Origin: a virus
DNA: 64,000 nucleotides
Strand: one strand, 5' to 3'
Virus record (IMG/VR): IMGVR_UViG_3300046516_001541
Span: 16,083 to 80,082 of that record
In this document: piece after piece, positions 11,249-19,481 of the stretch
Numbering within the stretch: position 1 is the stretch's first letter
How the letters are laid out: the number at the start of each line of letters is the position of its first letter
Notes under the pieces: generated by a model
Database searches by the model: none
What the model was told of the DNA's origin: nothing
What the model saw: the letters and a program-made list of their open reading frames with translations, nothing else
Program-made: the position numbers and the translations under genes

Positions 11249-12982
11249 ATGAGCGAAACCCCCCGTTCCGTTGCGTTCGACGAGTCCGCCCCGGCATCCG
11301 AGCGGCTGGCGGCCCAAACCGAGCTCACAAAATCCACGATGCCCACGATCACGGGAGACCTGATCCCGCGGTCGGACTTGGCGCCAGTCATCGATTTCAT
11401 TACGCATCGCTTCGACGAAGCACAGATGGCGAAATCGCTGACCCGCAGCAATATCATCCCGTTCCCGTCTCAGGCGGTCGAACAGCGCAAGCCAGGCATG
11501 CAGTCGGTCTACCTCGACGACATGCAACTCACTGTGATGGGGGATTATTACGAGCGGCCCAGCGTGTTCACGTTCGACAGCATGCGCTCGATGGTCGAAC
11601 AGACGCCGATTCTGAACGCCGTGATCATGACGCGGATCCGGCAGGTTTCCCGGTTCTGCAAATTGTCGGATCCGGACTCGCCAGGCTTCCAGATCAAATT
11701 GCGCGACAAAGACGCAAAGGCGTCAAAGGCGGAACTGAAAGAGATCGACGTGCTGCAGGGCTTCTTCATCAACTGCGGCTGGGAGAGCAATCCGCGCAAG
11801 CGGTTGAAGTTGAAGCGCGATCACCTCTCTAACTTCATGGCGAAGCTGGTTCGTGATTCGCTGACCATGGACTCGACGCCGATCGAGACCGAATTCAAGC
11901 GCGATCGCAACCTGGGAATGGACGGAATGTATGCCGTCGACGGCTCGACGATCCGTCTGTGTACGGAGCAGGGCTACCAGGGTGACGATGAAATTTTTGC
12001 GCTGCAGGTCATCCAGGGGCGCATTCGCGCGGCGTATACGCATGACGACCTCATTTATATACCGCGCAATCCGCGCACGGATGTCCTGTCGGCCGGCTAC
12101 GGCCTGAGTGAGACCGAGCTCCTCATTCGCGTGGTGACCGGTTTCCTGAATGCGTTCAGTTACAACACGAAGTATTTCGACTCGAACGCGATTCCGAAAG
12201 GCATCCTGCATCTCTCCGGCAACTACACCGAAGAGGACATCAACGGGTTCAAGCGCTATTGGAACGCCATGGTCAAAGGCGTGGCCAATTGGTGGACGCT
12301 GCCGGTCATGGTCTCGAAGGATCAGGAATCGAAGGCCAATTTCGAGAACCTGGGCGCCGATGTCAACGAGATGATGTTTTCGAAATGGATGACGTTCCTG
12401 ACGTCGATCGTCTGTGCGATCTACGGCATGAGTCCAGAGGAAATCAACTTCGAGGCCTTCACGACCGGCAAGTCAAACCTATCGGGCAGTGACACCGAAG
12501 AGAAGATCGCGAATTCGAAGGACAGCGGCCTCGAGCCATTGCTGTCCTACTTCGAGAACATTTTCACCGATTACGTCGTCTCGGATTTCGCAGCGAAGTA
12601 TGCATTCCACTGGACCGGTCGCGAGCAGGACGATCCCAAGCAAAGCTTCGAGGAAGTCAAATTATGCGGCACAGTGGACGAATTGCGCGCGGCCCGCGGC
12701 GAAGATCCCATCGATGGCGATTGGGGAAGCGCTCCGCTGAATCCGTCGCTCATTCCAGTATGGCAGGCTGAAAATCAGCCGCAGCCTGGCGGCTCCGAGC
12801 AGGAGAAGTTGTTGAATGGTGCTTTTCCGGCGCCGCAGCCTGGCGGCAAGCAGAAGGAGAAAACAACTCCGGATGACAAAAGCAAAAACCGCAAAGGCAC
12901 TCCTCCCAAGAAACCCAAGGCGAAGGAGGTTGCGACGATGAGCAAGGCGTTTGGACTTCCCATTTACTACATCGAGACTTAA
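11249..12982 (+). CDS. Portal protein
   Basis: 577 aa; VDGSTIR, PRNPRTD..GYGLSETE, YNTKYF..NAIPKGIL and AIYGMSPEEINF are portal-type motifs; first gene of the structural arm. Confidence 0.9.
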   Translation: MSETPRSVAFDESAPASERLAAQTELTKSTMPTITGDLIPRSDLAPVIDFITHRFDEAQMAKSLTRSNIIPFPSQAVEQRKPGMQSVYLDDMQLTVMGDYYERPSVFTFDSMRSMVEQTPILNAVIMTRIRQVSRFCKLSDPDSPGFQIKLRDKDAKASKAELKEIDVLQGFFINCGWESNPRKRLKLKRDHLSNFMAKLVRDSLTMDSTPIETEFKRDRNLGMDGMYAVDGSTIRLCTEQGYQGDDEIFALQVIQGRIRAAYTHDDLIYIPRNPRTDVLSAGYGLSETELLIRVVTGFLNAFSYNTKYFDSNAIPKGILHLSGNYTEEDINGFKRYWNAMVKGVANWWTLPVMVSKDQESKANFENLGADVNEMMFSKWMTFLTSIVCAIYGMSPEEINFEAFTTGKSNLSGSDTEEKIANSKDSGLEPLLSYFENIFTDYVVSDFAAKYAFHWTGREQDDPKQSFEEVKLCGTVDELRAARGEDPIDGDWGSAPLNPSLIPVWQAENQPQPGGSEQEKLLNGAFPAPQPGGKQKEKTTPDDKSKNRKGTPPKKPKAKEVATMSKAFGLPIYYIET

Positions 12983-12987
12983 CTGAC

Positions 12988-13290
12988 ATGCAAATCGTTG
13001 ATCCGGTGACAGGGAAACCGAACCCACTCAAAGGTGTAGATGGGAGGCTGTCGACGACGCTGCCGCCGAATGCCTTCGCCATCACGCCAAGCGATGTCGC
13101 CATGTACGATCCGCCGATATCGGTCTGGGTGGGCGATGCCGGTACCGTGAATGTCGCGGTTGTGCCGTATGGGCTCAAAGGCGATAAGAGTGTGATTTTC
13201 CCGGCAACGCTGGGAATGACGTTGCCTGTATTGTGCAAGCAAGTACTTTCGACCGGCACGACCGCCGCCACACTCCGCGGCCAGTTCTAA
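12988..13290 (+). CDS. Head-spike base protein (RcGTA Rcc01079-like), copy 1
   Basis: AITPSD...VWVGDAGTV...G..LPV....VLSTGTTA pattern. Confidence 0.65.
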   Translation: MQIVDPVTGKPNPLKGVDGRLSTTLPPNAFAITPSDVAMYDPPISVWVGDAGTVNVAVVPYGLKGDKSVIFPATLGMTLPVLCKQVLSTGTTAATLRGQF

Positions 13291-13294
13291 GCTC

Positions 13295-13690
13295 GTGACG
13301 TTGCAGCTCCTCGACCCGGTCAAGGGCGACCCACATCCGCCAAAAGGCGTCGATGGGCGCCTATCAACTTGTCAGATGCCAGATGCAGGGCTGCTCACTC
13401 CCGACGATATGGTCGTCTACGACCCGCCGATTCGGTTGTGGATTGGTGACGCTGCCTCGTTGCTGGTGACTGTCGCTCCCTATGGCCGCGGCGGCGATGC
13501 GCTCGTGCAGTATCCGACGAAACTCGGAATGACGATTCCGGTTCTCGTTAAACAGGTTAAGGCAACCGGGACCACAGCCACAATTTTGATCGGCCAGACG
13601 GCGTTCAAGCCGATGGTACCGACCGGTCCGACCGCCGACTCAACGCTCATCACGGCGGACGACACAACAATTACCGCAGATAGTTTCTAG
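13295..13690 (+). CDS. Head-spike base protein, copy 2, with C-terminal TAD triple repeat
   Basis: Paralogue of 12988-13290 (DPV.G.P.P.KGVDGRLST, YDPPI..W.GDA, TGTTA); ends TADSTLITADDTTITADSF. Confidence 0.65.
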   Translation: MTLQLLDPVKGDPHPPKGVDGRLSTCQMPDAGLLTPDDMVVYDPPIRLWIGDAASLLVTVAPYGRGGDALVQYPTKLGMTIPVLVKQVKATGTTATILIGQTAFKPMVPTGPTADSTLITADDTTITADSF

Positions 13691-13700
13691 GGGTTTCCCA

Positions 13701-15572
13701 ATGCGCAAACTCTCCTTCCTGGCCAGCCTACTGCTGGTCGTGGCCGCCGCACAGGCAGCTCAGCAACCAGTTGCAACCGGGACCTCGGGCAATGACCATT
13801 CGGGCGATCCTTTGCGCACGGCGTTCACGAAGCTCAACGCGAACGATGCCGAGCTCTATGGAAAATTCCCGGTCAGCGTGGCCAACGGCGGCACGGGCGC
13901 GACGACGCTCACAGGGGTATTGAAAGGAAACGGCACCAGCGCGTTCACGGCGGCGACCGCGGCCAATCTCATCAGTCTATGGACGGGCAGCTGCTCCATC
14001 ACAGTTCCGCTGCGCGGCGATGGCTCCTGCGGCACGCTGCCGGCGGCCAGCATCACGGGGCTTGCGACCGTTGCAACGTCGGGAAATGCCACTGATCTGA
14101 GTGCTGGCACTTTGGCGGCGGCCCGGGGCGGCGCTGGCACGATCACGGGCGCGCTGAAAGGCAACGGGAGTGGTGTCGTCTCGCAGGCGGCGTGCGCCGA
14201 TCTCTCGAACGCTGCGGCCTCGTGTTCCATCGACGCGACGAATGCGACCAACATTGGATCCGGCACACTGCCGGCGGCCCAGCTCCCAGCGCTGACGGGG
14301 GACGTCACCACGACGGTTGGAACTGCGGCGACGACCGTCAAGCAGGTCCACAACAACGTCACCTCAATCAACAACGCTGTCTCACCCTACGCAGTTACGG
14401 CGACGGACTCGTTTATCTATTGCGATGCTACGGCGGGAGCCGTAGTGATCAATTTGCCGGCGGCAACCGGGACTGGTCGAGACATTTCTTTCAAGAAAAT
14501 CGATTCCACTGCGAACGCCTGCACACCAACACGGGCTGGATCGGACACTATTGATGGGGCAACCAGCTATTCGCTGACGGCTCAATATGCCGCATCGAAA
14601 ATTACTGATGCGGCTTCTGCAGTCTGGTATCGCACGCATACGAATCAGTTGGGCGGCGATGTCATTGGCACGAGTACGGCGAATACGGTCGCGAAGGTCA
14701 ATGGCAATACCCCGGGGGGTACTTGCACCAATCAGGCGGTCACATCGCTCAATTCGAGTGCAGTGCCGACGTGCACCACGCTGACTTCGGCCTACGTTGA
14801 TACTTCAATCGCGCAGACTGGCGCATCTAATAGCTTTACCGGTACCACACAGCAAATATCGAGCACCGAGCCGCGGTTGAAACTGAACCAGACGGGCGCG
14901 GGCACGGACCAGAAGCTATGGGACATCGACGTTGCTTCGGGCGTACTGACCATCCGTACACGGACAGACGCAGACGGGGCGGGTGTCAACGTCCTGACGG
15001 TGACACGAGGGACGGGCACGGCGGACTCCAATATCACGCTAGGTGACGCGACCGGTAACCCTACGTTTACCCTTGCGGGGACGAGTAACCTCAGTATCGG
15101 AGGCATCCTAAACACTACTGGTGTGAGTTCATCAGGCTCCATCGGTGCAGCTAGGTTTAACGTCACCGCTGCTACGGTCGCGACCAACGGAATATATCTG
15201 TCAGGCACCAACACGGTGGGCATCTCGACCAATACCACTGCGCGCGGCACCGTAGATGCCAACGGAGCGCTCAACTGGAACAAGGCCATCGTTGCGGCGG
15301 GCACCAAGCCTACAGTGACCGGCTGCTCAAATACCACAACCTTGGGCGGCGCTGTTGGTGGCTCATATCTCTCAGGTACAAGCGGGACTTGTACAGTGAC
15401 AATCACCCTGCCGACCGGGCCAACCAATGGGTACGCATGCTTCGCACACGATGACACCACGGCGGCGGATTACACCCAATCGGCGATTGTGACTGCCACC
15501 ACGACGCTGACTATCAGCGGAGCGACGGTCACTGGCGACAAGATCGTATGGGGCTGTCCTCTGGGATATTGA
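13701..15572 (+). CDS. Putative head fibre with N-terminal signal peptide
   Basis: Signal-like MRKLSFLASLLLVVAAAQA, then the fibre-anchor motif GNDHSGDPLRTAFTKLNANDAELY; GGTG repeats; Thr/Gly/Ala-rich; 12 Cys. Confidence 0.7.
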   Translation: MRKLSFLASLLLVVAAAQAAQQPVATGTSGNDHSGDPLRTAFTKLNANDAELYGKFPVSVANGGTGATTLTGVLKGNGTSAFTAATAANLISLWTGSCSITVPLRGDGSCGTLPAASITGLATVATSGNATDLSAGTLAAARGGAGTITGALKGNGSGVVSQAACADLSNAAASCSIDATNATNIGSGTLPAAQLPALTGDVTTTVGTAATTVKQVHNNVTSINNAVSPYAVTATDSFIYCDATAGAVVINLPAATGTGRDISFKKIDSTANACTPTRAGSDTIDGATSYSLTAQYAASKITDAASAVWYRTHTNQLGGDVIGTSTANTVAKVNGNTPGGTCTNQAVTSLNSSAVPTCTTLTSAYVDTSIAQTGASNSFTGTTQQISSTEPRLKLNQTGAGTDQKLWDIDVASGVLTIRTRTDADGAGVNVLTVTRGTGTADSNITLGDATGNPTFTLAGTSNLSIGGILNTTGVSSSGSIGAARFNVTAATVATNGIYLSGTNTVGISTNTTARGTVDANGALNWNKAIVAAGTKPTVTGCSNTTTLGGAVGGSYLSGTSGTCTVTITLPTGPTNGYACFAHDDTTAADYTQSAIVTATTTLTISGATVTGDKIVWGCPLGY

Positions 15573-15575
15573 CAA

Positions 15576-17111
15576 ATGTTGGATTCCTGGGCACGGCCCT
15601 ATTTAGATCCGCGCAAACTAGGCGCGGTCATGGACGGCGTGACGGATGACACGCGCGCGGCAAATACCTGTCTGGCATATATCGGCACGACGCCAGCGGA
15701 AATCATGATCGACACGCCAATGAAATTGGCGACGCCACCCATATGGCCAAGCAATGTATATCTGCGATTCGTTGGTCAGGGAATGTTTGTCTATGACAAT
15801 CCCTTGACGATAAATGGAACCTGGCACGCTGGGCCTCAACAGATTTTCATGCCGACGAACGCAGCGGCCACCTTGTCTGGGCGTCCTCGTATCCCGGAGA
15901 TATACACTGAATGGTTCGGGGCACCAGCCAACGGGATTGACGATGATTCGGTCGCCACGCTGTTGGCATTTAATGCATCGTCCATGATGGGTTATATCCC
16001 GGTAAAGCTACTTCCGATTACCTATCGATGGGCTCAACAGATCCTGGGCGGCGGCACTCCTGCGGTCAACTTCTTTGGAGTCTCACTTCACGGAACATTG
16101 GGTACTATTGTGAACTGCGCGGGACTCGGTCCAGGCGTATCAGCGATCAAGTATCGAGGAGGTTCCGGCCGGACATGGTGCAGGATTCGAGTCACTGACA
16201 TCGAGTTTGAAGGAGACGCCGATACTATCGCGGTCGAATTCTCAGGGCAGGATGGAGCGAAAGCATTCAACTGTCGATTTGGCGTTTCGGCAGAAGGCGT
16301 TAGGTTCAGCAACATAGATACCGGGGCATTCACTGAGTACTCCACAGCGGAAGGTTGTCAATTTGACGACAGTTGCGTATTGCATATGAACTATGTCCGG
16401 ACCAACGGGAATGACTCCTTCCACGGCTCCGGAATGGGACGGCGCTGCACCTCGAACCGTTCGGCTGGAAAGGTTGTGACCCACATCGGCCCTGGATGCA
16501 AAATCTACAACTCGCCAGTAGACGTCCAAGTGTGGGCAACAGGAGCAGTCACACTAATCCAGAACGACAGCACGTTACCCACATCTACCCACGGCCTTGT
16601 CACCTATGAAACATCGGATCCAAACGTGCTGACGCTGGGAGCAGGCAACGCAATTGACTTCGTGGGCGATGTCATGGGTACAGGCATAGCAACCGCGGGA
16701 ACCCTCACTCGAATGGATGCGGCGATCATCAACGCCGACAGCAGCGTGACCGCCATGGGTGCCCGTAAATCATACAAAGCCGCACTGACGACCGGCGCAA
16801 ACGTATTGCCTTCTTCCTTCGCCGGCAAGCATCGAGATATTGCCATTCAAATCGAAATGTCGAACTACGACTATCGATACACCCTGTCCGTAGATCCGAA
16901 CGGATACGGCGGCGCGGGGAAAGTCACGATTCTGTCCACTGATTTGAGTATCAACAACGCTGGCTATGGAGCCCCGGTTCTGTCAGTAGATGCCGCGGGA
17001 CATCTCGTACTCACTAACGCGAATTGGCCGGCGACCGGCCTCCAATGCGTCTACAGCGAACGAGAAAACTCAGGCGGAGCGTTCCAAGAGCAACACGAAC
17101 AGACGATATGA
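15576..17111 (+). CDS. Beta-helix (pectate-lyase-like) spike or depolymerase-like protein
   Basis: Two G-A-x-x-(D/N)-G-x-x-D-D motifs (LGAVMDGVTDDT, FGAPANGIDDDS) typical of the start of tailspike beta-helices. Confidence 0.65.
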   Translation: MLDSWARPYLDPRKLGAVMDGVTDDTRAANTCLAYIGTTPAEIMIDTPMKLATPPIWPSNVYLRFVGQGMFVYDNPLTINGTWHAGPQQIFMPTNAAATLSGRPRIPEIYTEWFGAPANGIDDDSVATLLAFNASSMMGYIPVKLLPITYRWAQQILGGGTPAVNFFGVSLHGTLGTIVNCAGLGPGVSAIKYRGGSGRTWCRIRVTDIEFEGDADTIAVEFSGQDGAKAFNCRFGVSAEGVRFSNIDTGAFTEYSTAEGCQFDDSCVLHMNYVRTNGNDSFHGSGMGRRCTSNRSAGKVVTHIGPGCKIYNSPVDVQVWATGAVTLIQNDSTLPTSTHGLVTYETSDPNVLTLGAGNAIDFVGDVMGTGIATAGTLTRMDAAIINADSSVTAMGARKSYKAALTTGANVLPSSFAGKHRDIAIQIEMSNYDYRYTLSVDPNGYGGAGKVTILSTDLSINNAGYGAPVLSVDAAGHLVLTNANWPATGLQCVYSERENSGGAFQEQHEQTI

Positions 17112-17138
17112 CTCTCGCGCAAAAATGATCAAGCCTCA

Positions 17139-17160
17139 GTCGTGACAGGATCATGGCGCA
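17139..17160 (+). promoter_or_regulatory. Putative late promoter motif, copy 2 (MuF)
   Basis: GTCGTGAC-ag-GATCAT-ggcgca-ATG17161. Confidence 0.75.
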
Positions 17161-18294
17161 ATGGCTCTCCTGATCGACCTGTCCGCCATTCCCGCTCATC
17201 AGACTGATGAGACGCTGGAGTTTCTGCACAAGGCCATTTCGAGCGACGGCGATGCCATCTGGGACGCGCATCCCGATCCGGCCGTCCGCAAGCTGATTGA
17301 GCTGTTCACGCAGCGCGGGCTACTGCGTTTGGACGGAGTCCAAAAAGAGGTCGAGACATGGTCGCGCGGCGCGCGCACGAGCCCCGGCATCCGACCGCCG
17401 CGGCCCGCTGGCGCGATGGAGCGCTGGGGGCCCGATGAATTGAAGCTGGTCCGGATCTACCTCGAGCGGTTGCCGCCTGCCCAGTGGACGCTCAACGATC
17501 ACATGATGATGGTCGACTACGTCGTACAGCGGTATTTGCCTTCTGAGGAGTTGAAGTCAGAAGCCGACTGGCTGGCCACACGATCGACGCTGATGGGACG
17601 TGTTCAGGCCAATCTGGACCTGAAACTCAAGCAGGCCGAGAAGGTGGCCGCAGTCCTCCCGGTGACAGTGCCCGCAGCCTTAGAACAATTCCAAATGTCG
17701 CCAGCGCAGCGGCAGACGATCGAGTATGCCTCGGCTCATGCCGCCGAAAATGTGAGGCAATTCAAGGAGGATACGCGCCACGCTTTACGTGCAGTCGTGG
17801 TTCGGCGCGCGCACGAACGCGCGCTTGGCACGGAGCGCGGCTCGCTGCAGACCGAGCTCGTGGACCAGTTCGCGACGCTGAACCGGGACTGGCGGCGCAT
17901 CGCCGTGACGGAAGCCGGCGAGGCGCTGAACCAGGGTCATATCGCCAGCCTGCCGCCAGGCTCCCAGGTGAAGCGCGTCGAACAGTATCGCGGCGCCTGC
18001 CCGTTCTGCCGATCGATCGACGGCGTGATCGCGACCGTCGTCGCGCCGGACGCGCCGGACAAAGACGGCAATACGCAAATCTGGGTGGGAAAAGACAACG
18101 TCGGGCGGTCCGCCGCGCCTCGCAAGCGCGTCGGCGATGCGCTCGTGCCACGCACGGCGGATGAAATGTGGTGGCTACCAGCGGGGCTCGCACATCCGCA
18201 TTGCCGCGGGCGCTGGATCAACACGATTCAGATGAAGGAAGGCGACGACCCAGACTTTCACAAATGGCTCGTGGCCACACTGGCACCGAAGTAG
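17161..18294 (+). CDS. MuF-like (SPP1 gp7-like) head morphogenesis protein
   Basis: RIAVTEAGEALNQG, ACPFC and HPHCRG motifs. Confidence 0.8.
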   Translation: MALLIDLSAIPAHQTDETLEFLHKAISSDGDAIWDAHPDPAVRKLIELFTQRGLLRLDGVQKEVETWSRGARTSPGIRPPRPAGAMERWGPDELKLVRIYLERLPPAQWTLNDHMMMVDYVVQRYLPSEELKSEADWLATRSTLMGRVQANLDLKLKQAEKVAAVLPVTVPAALEQFQMSPAQRQTIEYASAHAAENVRQFKEDTRHALRAVVVRRAHERALGTERGSLQTELVDQFATLNRDWRRIAVTEAGEALNQGHIASLPPGSQVKRVEQYRGACPFCRSIDGVIATVVAPDAPDKDGNTQIWVGKDNVGRSAAPRKRVGDALVPRTADEMWWLPAGLAHPHCRGRWINTIQMKEGDDPDFHKWLVATLAPK

Positions 18295-18303
18295 GAGACG
18301 ATC

Positions 18304-19143
18304 ATGCCGCTGCTCGAAGGTTCCAGCGACGAAGTTATCAGCCACAACATCAAAGAGATGATGGATGCGGGACACCCGCAGGATCAGGCGATCGCCGCCG
18401 CATACCGAAAAGCAGGTCGTTCGAAGAAGGATCATGGGACTATGAAAAAATGCACTTTGTTCGTGAAATCGATGCTGGAAGCTCGCATCGAGGAACCTAG
18501 CGTCGCGGTCGCCATCGCGCGCGCCGAACTGGAAAAGGCGAATGAGGAAAGCAACAACGCGATCATGTTTGCCAACTCCGGCGTCAATGTGGCTGGCCAA
18601 AACAATAGCCAGGGACGCACAGACCGAAAACCTACGGCGGCAGAAAAGGCAGCCGGCGACTACGATAAGCGCAAAGTCGCCTGGCAGGGACTGACGATTG
18701 CCATCGAGAACGAAGCGGGCAGTACGCGCAGCGGCACCAATCGCGACGGCGAAACGTGGTCGCAGAAAATGCCGTATGCCTATGGTGAGATTCAGCAGAC
18801 CGAGGGCACGGATGGCGATCCGGTCGACTGTTTCCTGGGACCTGACGAAGATGCGCAATTCGCCTACGTGGTGCATGCGCGCAAGGTCAATCGCTGGGAT
18901 GAATTCGACGAAGACAAAGTCATGTTGAATTTCCCGACCGAAGAGTCGGCGGCGGCAGCGTTCCTCGAATGCTACAGCGACCCGCGCTTTCTGGGCCCGA
19001 TCACGGCGATGCCGGTCATCGAGTTTGTGCAGAAGGTTTCGAACACGAATGGTCGACCGACGATGATCAAGGCCATCGTTGCTAATAGCGCTGGGTTATT
19101 GGATGGCTTGCCACCCGTCTTTTTTTTTGCAAAGCGCACGTGA
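18304..19143 (+). CDS. Phage polyvalent-type inorganic-pyrophosphatase-like protein with a small N-terminal phage domain
   Basis: [13 protein letters not shown]...W...[23 protein letters not shown]...FDEDKVML; N-terminal MPL.EGSS..VISHNI.E...AGHPQ.QAIAAAY. Confidence 0.8.
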   Translation: MPLLEGSSDEVISHNIKEMMDAGHPQDQAIAAAYRKAGRSKKDHGTMKKCTLFVKSMLEARIEEPSVAVAIARAELEKANEESNNAIMFANSGVNVAGQNNSQGRTDRKPTAAEKAAGDYDKRKVAWQGLTIAIENEAGSTRSGTNRDGETWSQKMPYAYGEIQQTEGTDGDPVDCFLGPDEDAQFAYVVHARKVNRWDEFDEDKVMLNFPTEESAAAAFLECYSDPRFLGPITAMPVIEFVQKVSNTNGRPTMIKAIVANSAGLLDGLPPVFFFAKRT

Positions 19144-19481
19144 AGGGCTACACCCGGAAAAACGGAACTTACGTTCCGCCACATAACGACAATCGGAATG
19201 CCGCTATATCGACTAGTTCTGTCGAAAACATCGGGCGCTCTTTGATGCAGGCTGGCCATGATACGGCTGCACGCAAAAAACATATTGCCGATTTGTTATC
19301 CCATCATCCTGATGGATATAAAACCGGGAAATGGGTTAAAGAGACTATCGCTGGCGATATATTTTGGACTAACGGAAAGAAATATATAACTAGCGGCCAA
19401 CTGTTAGAAGAAGTTGGCACTGCACTTGTCGGTTCTGGCGCGATAAGTCATTCAGCTTACTATGGCGAGAGCATCGAATGA
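19140..19481 (+). CDS. Hypothetical protein starting with a [12 protein letters not shown] motif; possibly a frameshift extension of 18304-19143
   Basis: ORF track; visibly more AT-rich than its neighbours. Confidence 0.6.
   Translation: MKGYTRKNGTYVPPHNDNRNAAISTSSVENIGRSLMQAGHDTAARKKHIADLLSHHPDGYKTGKWVKETIAGDIFWTNGKKYITSGQLLEEVGTALVGSGAISHSAYYGESIE

Noticed and set aside
13292-13307. CTCGTGAC as a further late promoter
   Set aside because: No NANNNT at the fixed spacing; the GTG is simply the start codon
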